From a bacterium (lineage in GTDB: Bacteria; SZUA-182; DTGQ01), in NCBI GenBank assembly GCA_040752695.1, contig JBFMGO010000019.1, positions 1 to 64,000 on the forward strand: DNA of 64,000 bases, given 5' to 3'. Under the pieces are notes generated by a model. It worked only from the letters and a program-made list of their open reading frames with translations, was not told the origin of the DNA and searched no databases. Each line of letters starts with the position of its first letter. The stretch's first letter is position 1. Shown here piece by piece: positions 20,198-29,306 of this stretch. Position numbers and translations under genes: made by a program.

Positions 20198-20980
20198 CTA
20201 CTTCCTCTTCATTTGAAACTGTCTTACGGCTGCATGAAAATCAGCGGGTTTTACCGATACAAACAATTCATATGCCTGGCGGCCCGGATGGGGAAGCTCG
20301 GTATAGCACCACTTCGGCAGTGGCCTGAAGCTCTCGCCCCTTGAAAGCTGCTGCCGGAGCTGCTGAAACCCGAACAGGAAATTAATAATCAGCAGCATGG
20401 GCTGCTGAGAGCGGAAAAGGCAAAGACTCCGCCAGAACCGGAACCAGTCGCCAAGCGACATTGGCGTATACTGCATTTTTTCCTCATGCGGAACCAAGAC
20501 CCCCATGCGCATGTATATGCACTTCCAGCCATTATAGGTTGGATACTCGTAGGCAGTCCTCACTGATGAAGGATTGCGGCCGAGTGCTTCTGAAACGATG
20601 AAATTCAATGTGTCATGGTCCGGGTGAGCGCCTTCGTAGGCCGGTACAAAGACCGAATCGGGAGACAGAGTATCGAGCGCACCGCTGACTGCCTCATACA
20701 GCGCAGGCATCTGGTTTATCAATTCTCCATCCTCGAAAGACCAAAATCCGGTATCTGCATCACCCAACCCGTGATACGCAAGCAGCCTGAGTGATTCCTG
20801 ACGCCGGATGAGGCTTTTCTCATCCTTTGCACCTGCCGTCATCCACCGCAAAACAAGCCGGTCGCCCTGCCGGGCAATCTTCTTCATGCGCTGAATGATC
20901 CACAACTCATCGTCTGGATGAGAAAACAGCATAAGATGGGTTGTTCTCTTCCGGTTGTTTGCCTGCGGGGTTTTCATCAT
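20198..20980 (-). CDS. PIG-L/LmbE-family N-acetylglucosaminyl deacetylase
   Basis: FSHPDDE and GAHPDH metal-binding motifs, IRRQE, FEDGEL. Confidence 0.88.
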   Translation of the reverse strand: MMKTPQANNRKRTTHLMLFSHPDDELWIIQRMKKIARQGDRLVLRWMTAGAKDEKSLIRRQESLRLLAYHGLGDADTGFWSFEDGELINQMPALYEAVSGALDTLSPDSVFVPAYEGAHPDHDTLNFIVSEALGRNPSSVRTAYEYPTYNGWKCIYMRMGVLVPHEEKMQYTPMSLGDWFRFWRSLCLFRSQQPMLLIINFLFGFQQLRQQLSRGESFRPLPKWCYTELPHPGRQAYELFVSVKPADFHAAVRQFQMKRK

Positions 20981-20994
20981 TGCTCACTGATCGG

Positions 20995-22317
20995 CTAAAA
21001 AAAATAGTAGAAATTGAGATACCAGTGATCATTCCTGCGGAACTTCCACAGTCCCTCATCCTGATCGCGGGTGTCGAACAAATTCACTCCTGCCTGCACA
21101 ATGGCATGGTCAACGAGGAGATATTGTATTTCGCCATTCACAAAAATTTCACGAGCCTGAGGATTATAGTAACTGATCAATTGCGGCTGCACATATTCAT
21201 GGAACAGTCTGCTGTTGATTCCCAGACTGTAGGTTGTTGCCACCTTCTCGCTCAAAGGGCGATTTCGAGAGGCCGTCTTCCGGTACTCCTCGTACTTGAG
21301 CATCCGGTCTGTGTAATATTGGAGAGTCACGGTCGTCGTTCCCCATAAGGTGCGCTCCCAGCCGATGAGTGCCCGCACCGAATCGTTGGCGATGCCGGGG
21401 TCATCACCGTTTCGGTCGTCACCTGCCCGCCGGACCGCCTCGAAGCGCCAGATCGAGGAGAAAACCGAGGCCTCAAAATGCATTCCAAAGGCGCGAAGCC
21501 TCGAATAAAAAGGGCGCAACTGCATGGTCTTTTGATCAAACCGATAGGATGCATCATCGTCCCAGCCATAGAAAGCGCACAGGGCAAGCTGTGACCGGGG
21601 TCCATTCACCATCAGCCGTGCTGCGGCTTCGGAGTTGCCGAAATTCGGCTCCGGAGTCTCCGCTTCCGGATTTTCCCCTCCAGAGGAGGGGGGGGCAAAG
21701 GCCCAGATGCCTTCCTCATCATATTTACCGGGGACAAACCGGGTAATCCAGACGGATTCGAATAAAAAAGGCCCGGACATGAATTTCAGACGGCAGCCTG
21801 GCACGCCGATCAAAAAATCGTTGCTGGTCTTTCGGTCCAGACGGGGAATAATAAATTGCCGGCAATCCCTCGGATTGATGAGATCGGTCAGAATGAATCC
21901 ATCGGCTACCCCCCAGGGAATAATCTGCTTGCCGGCGGTGAGTTCGAGGTGCCTGCCGCGCCATTGGCCATAAAACTCACATGCATTGAGGTTGGCATCA
22001 CTGTCGCTCTGCTGCCGCAAGTCCTGCTCGACATCGAACACGGCAAGACTTCTGAACGATTCGTGTTTCGTCTCGAGCTTAAAGCGGCTTAAAAGATCAA
22101 GAATGAAGTAATCACCGGATGTTTTTTCCTGCTGCGTGCTCTGGTCTGATGAAAAGAGCTGATAGCTTCTCGTGCGCAAAAAACCTGTCAGATGCAGGAC
22201 CTCGCCACTGGATGAAAAACACGACCCTTTTGTGGAGCACAGAATCAAAAAAACCGTGAACAGGAAAACAAAAAAGACCGCTCCCTGATCGTGGCCGGGC
22301 CTGCTACTCCATTTCAT
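20995..22317 (-). CDS. Outer-membrane beta-barrel protein (DUF1302-like)
   Basis: Signal peptide, AGKQIIPWGVADG...DLINP, C-terminal YLNFYYFF. Confidence 0.7.
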   Translation of the reverse strand: MKWSSRPGHDQGAVFFVFLFTVFLILCSTKGSCFSSSGEVLHLTGFLRTRSYQLFSSDQSTQQEKTSGDYFILDLLSRFKLETKHESFRSLAVFDVEQDLRQQSDSDANLNACEFYGQWRGRHLELTAGKQIIPWGVADGFILTDLINPRDCRQFIIPRLDRKTSNDFLIGVPGCRLKFMSGPFLFESVWITRFVPGKYDEEGIWAFAPPSSGGENPEAETPEPNFGNSEAAARLMVNGPRSQLALCAFYGWDDDASYRFDQKTMQLRPFYSRLRAFGMHFEASVFSSIWRFEAVRRAGDDRNGDDPGIANDSVRALIGWERTLWGTTTVTLQYYTDRMLKYEEYRKTASRNRPLSEKVATTYSLGINSRLFHEYVQPQLISYYNPQAREIFVNGEIQYLLVDHAIVQAGVNLFDTRDQDEGLWKFRRNDHWYLNFYYFF

Positions 22318-22996
22318 CTTTGATTACCCTGCCGTCTTTCAGTGAAATAACCCGTCTTGCGCAATCGATAATGTGCTTATCATGGGTGGAGAACAAAAAG
22401 GTGGTGCCGTGAGTCCGGTTTAAGCGAATCATAAGATCGAGGATGGTCCTGGCAGTTACCGAGTCGAGGTTGGCGGTTGGTTCATCCGCCAGGATCAGGG
22501 CCGGGTTGGTCACCAGTGCCCGCGCGATCGCCACCCGCTGACGCTGGCCGCCACTGAGTTCATCCGGCCGGTGGCGGCTGTAGTCGGCAAGCCCGACTTC
22601 CGCAAGCCATTGTACTGCCAGCTTGCGCCGCTCCTGATTCGAAACCGGATGAAGCAGGAGAGGAAACTCGACATTCTCCTGAGCCGTCAGCACGGGAATC
22701 AAATTAAAATTCTGAAAAATAAATCCTATTTTTCGACTGCGCACCGCCGCCTGACCTGGTTCGTTCAATTCACCGATATCTTTTCCTTCCAGAAATAAAT
22801 GTCCTTCGGTAGCCTTGTCAAGACAGCCGAGCAGGTTCATCAAGGTCGTCTTGCCCGATCCGGACGGCCCGGCAATGGCTGCAAACTCGCCAGGCATAAA
22901 GCTTAAGGTGACATCCTGCAAGGCAGGAACCTTTGTCTTGCCCAAAAGATAGGTTTTGCTCAACCTTCGGGTCTGAATCAATGGAATGCTATTCAT
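22304..22996 (-). CDS. LolD/MacB-type ABC transporter ATP-binding protein
   Basis: GPSGSGKTT, LSGGQRQRVAIARAL, LADEPTANLD, STHD. Confidence 0.95.
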   Translation of the reverse strand: MNSIPLIQTRRLSKTYLLGKTKVPALQDVTLSFMPGEFAAIAGPSGSGKTTLMNLLGCLDKATEGHLFLEGKDIGELNEPGQAAVRSRKIGFIFQNFNLIPVLTAQENVEFPLLLHPVSNQERRKLAVQWLAEVGLADYSRHRPDELSGGQRQRVAIARALVTNPALILADEPTANLDSVTARTILDLMIRLNRTHGTTFLFSTHDKHIIDCARRVISLKDGRVIKDEME

Positions 22997-23070
22997 GTAA
23001 GCTCCTTAACGTGCTTTGGAGTGTCCCGATGTACGCAGGGTGGTACTCAGAGCGGGAACTTAAGATATAC

Positions 23071-24453
23071 TCAGAGCGAGAAATTGATACCAATTTCCCA
23101 TTGTGAACGCAGCGGGATAAAACCAAATTCGGCGTCATCCTGGCCGCAAAACAGCATCATCTCGCAGCGGACACTTGTCCGGCTGGTCGGGAAATATTCA
23201 ATATAGGGACGAAGTGCAAAGCTCTTGTCTTCGAGATTCATCAGAGCTGTCATCGACCAGGAGAAATCGTCGAGAAGCCGCAATCCGATCAGGCTGACTA
23301 CACCGTAGTGACGGTTAAATTTCGTCGGGTCATAGAGCGAGGCTACATCCATCCGCACTGAGCCGTCATCCGGGCTGTCGAGAGCAGCGAGAAACCTCCT
23401 GCTTTCAGACCGGTTAAGTCCTCGGCCATTGAAAAAGTATTCGAAAGTGAACATCATGTCCGCATCCGGAAAGGTATAGCTGCCGCCGGTAGATACCTGC
23501 CAGGTCGGGTCTCTTTTTTCAATCAGGGGGTTCACCTGCTGCCGGGAATTGTCTCCTTCAGCGGTTTCAGGAGGAAGAAATCGAAGGTCTTTTGGCCGCC
23601 AGGCAGCTTCCAGGTGCATTTCCAGGGCTCCGAAGACCCTGCTGAAGTCAGTACCGAACATGGTGATCCCCCTGCTTTGGTTCACCAGGTTCTGGCTCTG
23701 CTCCTCCTGCCCGTTTGCGACAGTCTCAGAAGAATCCTGGTAGTGAACCCAGGAGACCGACAGATCGTTTCCCCAAAAGCACAATTCCAATTTTGCCCCA
23801 AAGCGCTCGGTATACCCTTCGGATTCGGGCAGGTACACCCCGGCCAGGGTAACATGGCGGAAAGGCAATTCAAGCCGCAGTCCGACCACCCCTTCGTTCT
23901 GGGTGCCGGAGCGGTCCTCGGGATCTATGGCATTTTTGGTAGGTTCAAGGGGGAAATCCGTGGGATTCCAGGCAAGTCCACGTCCCCAGGAGATGCGCTG
24001 CTTGCCGATCCGGACAAAAAAGTGAGTGCCTGGCCGGAAATTGAAAAAACCTTGCGTGAACCGCACCTTGCCGGTAGCTTCGCTCTCCCCGCCCGTGTCA
24101 TTCCCTGAAGAGTCATTCATCGAAGAGTCATTAAAGCTGGCCACGGTCTGGGTGAAGAATCCGAATTTGCCGGTCATCCCCTGCTCTATATTCAGCCGCA
24201 GTTCATACCTGCTCATTTGCTCGTCGGGTGATTCTGACGGCGAAAGAAATGGTGACTCTGACCGGTAGGAAAAACCTGTCAGGGAGTAATCCAAAAAGCC
24301 ATAGACCTTTACTCCCGGTGACCCGGGCTCCTCTCCCCCCGGCTCCTCTCCATAGGCAGCACTGCACAGGACAGCAAGGATCAGGCAGCAGCAGCAAAGG
24401 AGAAAAAACCGTTCGCAAGAGATTCCGGAAAAGAAGTTTTTGAAGGATATCAA
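23071..24453 (-). CDS. Outer-membrane beta-barrel protein
   Basis: Signal peptide, IGKQRISWGRG..WNPTD, EYFFNGRG, amphipathic strands. Confidence 0.7.
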   Translation of the reverse strand: MISFKNFFSGISCERFFLLCCCCLILAVLCSAAYGEEPGGEEPGSPGVKVYGFLDYSLTGFSYRSESPFLSPSESPDEQMSRYELRLNIEQGMTGKFGFFTQTVASFNDSSMNDSSGNDTGGESEATGKVRFTQGFFNFRPGTHFFVRIGKQRISWGRGLAWNPTDFPLEPTKNAIDPEDRSGTQNEGVVGLRLELPFRHVTLAGVYLPESEGYTERFGAKLELCFWGNDLSVSWVHYQDSSETVANGQEEQSQNLVNQSRGITMFGTDFSRVFGALEMHLEAAWRPKDLRFLPPETAEGDNSRQQVNPLIEKRDPTWQVSTGGSYTFPDADMMFTFEYFFNGRGLNRSESRRFLAALDSPDDGSVRMDVASLYDPTKFNRHYGVVSLIGLRLLDDFSWSMTALMNLEDKSFALRPYIEYFPTSRTSVRCEMMLFCGQDDAEFGFIPLRSQWEIGINFSL

Positions 24454-24467
24454 TTCGGCTTTCCCTT

Positions 24468-25319
24468 TTATTGCCAGCGCGATAACTGCCCTTGCGTAAA
24501 GAGGGTATCATCGATCTCGGGGCTCCAGATAACCTTCTCGGTGGTCATGACCGTTTTTTTGTCTTTGCTGAGTGCGCTTTCCATAGTCCAGCGCCGGGGA
24601 ATCAACCTTCCGGAGACTTCACAAGGTTCTGAATACGACAGGGTTTTCAGCAGCTTGCCCGAAATAACGTAGAATTCCCGGCGAAGCGGCAGGTTATGAT
24701 CAAGACCGATCCAATAGAGAATTCGGTCATAGACCGCCTTGGAATGACGGCGCTTCAACTCCAGCTTATAGCCCTGTGCCCCGCCGTCCAGGGTATCCGG
24801 GCCGATCATCCGGGCCGAATAATCATCGAGAAGCCTCATATTGGCAACATCCGCATTGGAGAAATCGGTTCCCATCATCCGTGCCTTGGGAGATACCCTC
24901 ATGCTGCGGTTCACATCCGGCAGGTACATCCACATATCATCTCCGTTCATCAATATGGCTCTTCCCCGCTCCCTGGGAGGTTCCAGGAACCGGATGATGG
25001 TTTTGTCATTCCCCTTGATCCAGACTTCAATGGTATACTCTTTGTCAACCTTCTCTTTCTTATACTCGATCATTTTCATGGTATAGATGGCCGTATCCCT
25101 GACCAGCGCCTCATCGGCTGCCTTCACGAGCTGTGCTGCATCGGGTCCTGTATTCCCTTGAGAGTATGGAGAAGAGGACGGCTCAGAGGAGACTGCCGCC
25201 TTCGGTGTCTTTGCCCCGCAAGTGGGAGCGGGCCAGGCGATGAGGATGCACAAAACCGCCAGAACTGCTGCGGCAGGAATGGAAAAATACACTTTGTGAT
25301 ACTTTCTATTATTTTTCAT
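24468..25319 (-). CDS. Outer-membrane lipoprotein-sorting (LolA-like) protein
   Basis: Signal peptide, FLEPPRERG, MWMYLP, MGTDFSNAD, GKLLKT, IDDTLFT. Confidence 0.88.
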   Translation of the reverse strand: MKNNRKYHKVYFSIPAAAVLAVLCILIAWPAPTCGAKTPKAAVSSEPSSSPYSQGNTGPDAAQLVKAADEALVRDTAIYTMKMIEYKKEKVDKEYTIEVWIKGNDKTIIRFLEPPRERGRAILMNGDDMWMYLPDVNRSMRVSPKARMMGTDFSNADVANMRLLDDYSARMIGPDTLDGGAQGYKLELKRRHSKAVYDRILYWIGLDHNLPLRREFYVISGKLLKTLSYSEPCEVSGRLIPRRWTMESALSKDKKTVMTTEKVIWSPEIDDTLFTQGQLSRWQ

Positions 25320-27396
25320 GAGCGAGATCTCCGGCAGCCTGGCAATACTGCATAATGGTTTCAGCGACCAGGCTCAGATTCTGACCGCCGTTCCCTTGGG
25401 AATACTCCCCGATCGTCCTGCACAAGGAAGCTCCATCCCCTTTCAGAAACGAAGCCAAAGCCGCATCAGGCACCGCAATGCCGCTGTCCGGATCGCCGTC
25501 GGAATCGTAAAATTCCAGCGACAGGCGGCTATTTCGCGCCTGAAGCTCAAGGCACGGCCCGCCGGTCACGGCCAGGCGGCAACTTCCCCGTCCCTGCTTG
25601 TGGGAAGAACCTTTTGCCTCCCGCAGGTTCTTTTGAATGATTTTAAAAACCACCGGCGGATTGAACGCAGGTCCCTGATGTGCATTCATGGCTAATTCCT
25701 TTTGCAGGAGATTGGTCCAGCGTATCCAGGACAATAATAGGCCGGGGCTCGAATCTGGATGGATACGACGGTTGAACAGTCCGCTGAACGCGTCATAGGT
25801 TTGCGAGGCATACAGGCTGCACAGGGTGTCATCGTCGGTTCTTAAGGTCAGGTCAGGCTCTTTCTGGCCCGGCTCGGTTCCCTTGATCATGCCTTCCTGG
25901 ATAATGAGGGTAAAGGATTGGTTTTTAGTCCTGAAGCCGATATTCGCCCGATAGCCCGGCAGGCTGGCGTGCAGTTGCCGGTTGGCCAGATTCCCCCAGG
26001 CAATGAAAAGCTCTTTCCATTGACCAAAAGCCCTGGGACCGAACTGCTCTCCTTCTGGGTCCATCAGTACACTGAAAGAGGTCTTGACAATGAACCGTGC
26101 TCCACCGCCTGAAAAATGGTTCGTAATCCAGTCCGACCGCAGGTAAAAATCCCGGATCTGGTCTGCAAGAACCCTCCCCATATCCGGCCTTACACTGGCA
26201 ATGACCGAGTCGCGGGTGGGATCGTAATCTACCCATTTGCGGTCGAGCAAAAGTCCTGCTCGCAGGTAATCTTCATAGTCCAGGCTGCCGGGAAAGGGAG
26301 TGAGTACATTGGGATTATAGATATCAAGATCGAGCTGTTTGGCATGCTCTAAGGTTTGATTCATCAGCCCGTCGTCCTCATGGGGAAAACCGATGATGAA
26401 TAACCCTGCGGTCAGGATGCCGTTTTGCTTGAGGATCTCGACAGCTCTTACTCCCACCTCTACCTCGGTTTTCTTCTGGGCCAGGGCCAGGGTCTTCGGA
26501 TTGGCGCTTTCAAGCCCGAGGGCCACCATGATAAAGCCCGCCCTGGCCATCAGTTCGACTATTTCCGGATGTCTGGCAATGGCATCCGCACGCGCCTGGG
26601 TTACCAGGCCTATCTTCAATTCCCTGTCCAGGATATGATGGCACAGATTCTCGATGTGACTCATACTGATGGTGGAATTATCGTCTACCAGGAAAAAGAC
26701 ATTGGTTCCATAGTGCTCGATCAGGTATTCGATTTTTTTCACCACCAGTTCAGGAGACGCCGTGCGGTAGGGAGCACCGGGGCCATAGAAGCGGCGTACC
26801 GAGCAGAAGGTGCAATCATAGGGACATCCCCGGCTGGTGTCGATCAGGTGAAGGATGGTGAGAGGATAATCCACCAGGTCATAGGCGGGAAAACGCAACT
26901 CATCGAGATCGGGGATGACCGGCCGCCGTGGATTCGTCGTGATCTGTCCAGAGCGGATAAAACTCAAACCTGCCACACCGTCCGGTCCGCCGCGACTGAC
27001 CAGATCGCGGACCGTCATTTCACCTTCGCCATGACAAACCATGTCGAAAACCCCTGTTTGAAAGAGCACATCGGAAATGGAGGTAGCAGCCTGCCCTCCG
27101 GCTATGATCGAAAGACCCGGCTGCAACTGCTTGATGGCAGAAGCGATTCGGATGGCGTTATCGGTTGCGGTTATAAAACTGATACTGATGCCGACAAGAT
27201 CGGGATTAAATTCTTCGATCTCTCTATGAATTCGCGGGATATCGACCTGGTCCATGGTCGACAGGATGCGTACATCCGAGATATCCCGAAGGTAGGCGGC
27301 AACATAAGCCAGCCCCAAAGGGTATGGTTCCATAAAGGTTTTCCCTCTGCGGGGCTTGGGCGGCTGAATCAGAAGCACTTTTTCATAGCTGCTCAT
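25309..27396 (-). CDS. Cobalamin-dependent radical SAM enzyme with C-terminal SCP2-like extension
   Basis: PLGLAYVAA, GEGE, SRGCPYDCTFC, GLES, TPFPGS; C-terminal ~230 aa with IIQEG...PDLTLRTD SCP2-like segments. Confidence 0.9.
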   Translation of the reverse strand: MSSYEKVLLIQPPKPRRGKTFMEPYPLGLAYVAAYLRDISDVRILSTMDQVDIPRIHREIEEFNPDLVGISISFITATDNAIRIASAIKQLQPGLSIIAGGQAATSISDVLFQTGVFDMVCHGEGEMTVRDLVSRGGPDGVAGLSFIRSGQITTNPRRPVIPDLDELRFPAYDLVDYPLTILHLIDTSRGCPYDCTFCSVRRFYGPGAPYRTASPELVVKKIEYLIEHYGTNVFFLVDDNSTISMSHIENLCHHILDRELKIGLVTQARADAIARHPEIVELMARAGFIMVALGLESANPKTLALAQKKTEVEVGVRAVEILKQNGILTAGLFIIGFPHEDDGLMNQTLEHAKQLDLDIYNPNVLTPFPGSLDYEDYLRAGLLLDRKWVDYDPTRDSVIASVRPDMGRVLADQIRDFYLRSDWITNHFSGGGARFIVKTSFSVLMDPEGEQFGPRAFGQWKELFIAWGNLANRQLHASLPGYRANIGFRTKNQSFTLIIQEGMIKGTEPGQKEPDLTLRTDDDTLCSLYASQTYDAFSGLFNRRIHPDSSPGLLLSWIRWTNLLQKELAMNAHQGPAFNPPVVFKIIQKNLREAKGSSHKQGRGSCRLAVTGGPCLELQARNSRLSLEFYDSDGDPDSGIAVPDAALASFLKGDGASLCRTIGEYSQGNGGQNLSLVAETIMQYCQAAGDLAHEK

Positions 27397-28451
27397 TCTT
27401 GGTTCGATCCTTCTTCAAGAGGTGGAAAATAGCACTGGCGCTCTCCGCTCAGGGATGACCAGGTCGAGGCAAAAGAATCCGAGGCACAGGGCTTCTCTGC
27501 CCGAAGGTTCTCAAGGGCAGAGACCAGGCCGTAAGTCTCTGGACGACGGCTGGCTCTGAACAATTCGCGCATCTGCCTCATCTCCTCAAGATCCGGTATT
27601 ACAGCGGCAATCGCGCACTCTTCGGCACCCGCTTTGGCCAGTATGCCAAAGGGATAGGAAATGCGGCTGCCTCCCAGGTATTGCATCTTATAGGCAGTAC
27701 CGGCCAAAGCTTCCTCACCCGAACTATTGGCACAGATCACCACAAAATCGTTCTGCCAGGCAACGACGCTCGAAAAAACAGGGGGTTTCCACGCCTGCCA
27801 TTTTCTCATGGAATTGCGTACCTGAACCTTCCAGTACAAAAGGGGCAGATCCAGGGGAGGCGCTTTGCAGGGCATTTTGTCCGCGGGCATATGTTCGATA
27901 CCACGAAAATCGATATGGGTGGATGTCCAGATCAGAAAATCAGCATCTTGAAGAGCATAGATGCGCATGACCTCGGGATAGCACATCTCGCCGCAGGAGG
28001 TCATGGCAACCCTGCCTATCTCGGTGTCGAACACGTTATAATCATTCCCCAATGCCTCGCAGATGGTGAAATTGGTCCTTCTGTGCGTTCCGACGACCCT
28101 GCCATCCGGTCCGATCAGCACATTGGTGTTATACACCTTGTATGGCATGGGATGATTCAACCAGACAAATCTGCCGGGCTCGCCCTGCTCATACAGGGAA
28201 ATGACCACATAGGCATTATACTTACGGGCCAGATCTCCAACGGCGTCAGTGGTCGGCCCCGGAATCTTTTCCACATTTTTATGGGGGTGGGCCGTATGCA
28301 GCCAATGATCCGGAAAGCCAATAAGGTCCACCCCTTTTAATTCCCCGTTGATATTGGCCTCGATTACTTTGTATGCCCGGTCAAGGGCTGCGTCGATCTT
28401 GCCGCAGTGATTTACCTGAATGGCTGCTACTTTTGGCTGTTTATCTATCAT
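27393..28451 (-). CDS. Carbon-nitrogen hydrolase (nitrilase superfamily) with atypical triad
   Basis: VAAIQ, DLIGFPD, YNTNVLIGPDG, HRRT, TSCGE..YPE..R, RRPETYG. Confidence 0.85.
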   Translation of the reverse strand: MIDKQPKVAAIQVNHCGKIDAALDRAYKVIEANINGELKGVDLIGFPDHWLHTAHPHKNVEKIPGPTTDAVGDLARKYNAYVVISLYEQGEPGRFVWLNHPMPYKVYNTNVLIGPDGRVVGTHRRTNFTICEALGNDYNVFDTEIGRVAMTSCGEMCYPEVMRIYALQDADFLIWTSTHIDFRGIEHMPADKMPCKAPPLDLPLLYWKVQVRNSMRKWQAWKPPVFSSVVAWQNDFVVICANSSGEEALAGTAYKMQYLGGSRISYPFGILAKAGAEECAIAAVIPDLEEMRQMRELFRASRRPETYGLVSALENLRAEKPCASDSFASTWSSLSGERQCYFPPLEEGSNQE

Positions 28452-28493
28452 GATGAAAACCCTCCAAACCCTGAGTGTTCCATAATGGACACG

Positions 28494-29306
28494 TTACTCA
28501 CGGTCAAGATAATTACGGTCAAAGAGTTCGTCTTTTAACCTGCTGTTATACTGAAGGTTCGAAAATTCGAAGACGGTCGAATGACTGGTCTGCTCATTCA
28601 CCATAATGAGCATGTTCGGCGTCCATATGTCATTGATTTTATTTATATGAGGAATATCAAGGTGCTTCAGCGGACGATCTTTGCGGTCGAACATCCGGGA
28701 GTGAACGATCATCCAGATGTCACCCCGTATCTCATGGATTATCCGTCCATAGCCCAGCTTTCGCGCTGTCTGCTCAGTCTTCGGTATCGATTCTACGCGG
28801 TACATGGTTTTTCCATCCTGCTCGTAGACTTCCAGAATTTTGTAATCATAGTCATTAATGCTCAGGTCCTCATCCATATCATCGTAGGTGAAGTCCGTTC
28901 CCATAAAATAGTCGCCTTTTTCACTGGAAGTAATCATCCGGACCTTTTTCAGTGCCGGGATATAGAGCCACTGCAAATCATCCCTGTCCTCGTCATCATA
29001 CGTCCAGCTCAGCAGCCCGACTCCGGCAATCTCGGGCGGAGCGGTAATCAGAAGCCTCGTTTTGGTTCCCCATTCCATATCCTTGCGCCAGGTTTTCATC
29101 TCCCTGCTGCGCTTTTCCCCGTGGCGGTTAGTGAGAATAACCTTAATATCGGCTGTCATATCATCTCCCCGGTCACGGGCTTTTACCCGCTCCATCACCT
29201 CCCTGGCGGTAACTTGAGGCTTCGATGCAGCCAAAGACGCGCCGCAGTGCATCAGGATCATCAGGCAGAAGAGCGGAATCGCAAAGGAACAGTTTTTACT
29301 TTTCAA
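28494..29306 (-). CDS. Outer-membrane lipoprotein-sorting (LolA-like) protein
   Basis: Signal peptide, DLQWLYIPALKKVRMI, FMGTDFTYDD, LKDELF. Confidence 0.9.
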   Translation of the reverse strand: MKSKNCSFAIPLFCLMILMHCGASLAASKPQVTAREVMERVKARDRGDDMTADIKVILTNRHGEKRSREMKTWRKDMEWGTKTRLLITAPPEIAGVGLLSWTYDDEDRDDLQWLYIPALKKVRMITSSEKGDYFMGTDFTYDDMDEDLSINDYDYKILEVYEQDGKTMYRVESIPKTEQTARKLGYGRIIHEIRGDIWMIVHSRMFDRKDRPLKHLDIPHINKINDIWTPNMLIMVNEQTSHSTVFEFSNLQYNSRLKDELFDRNYLDRE

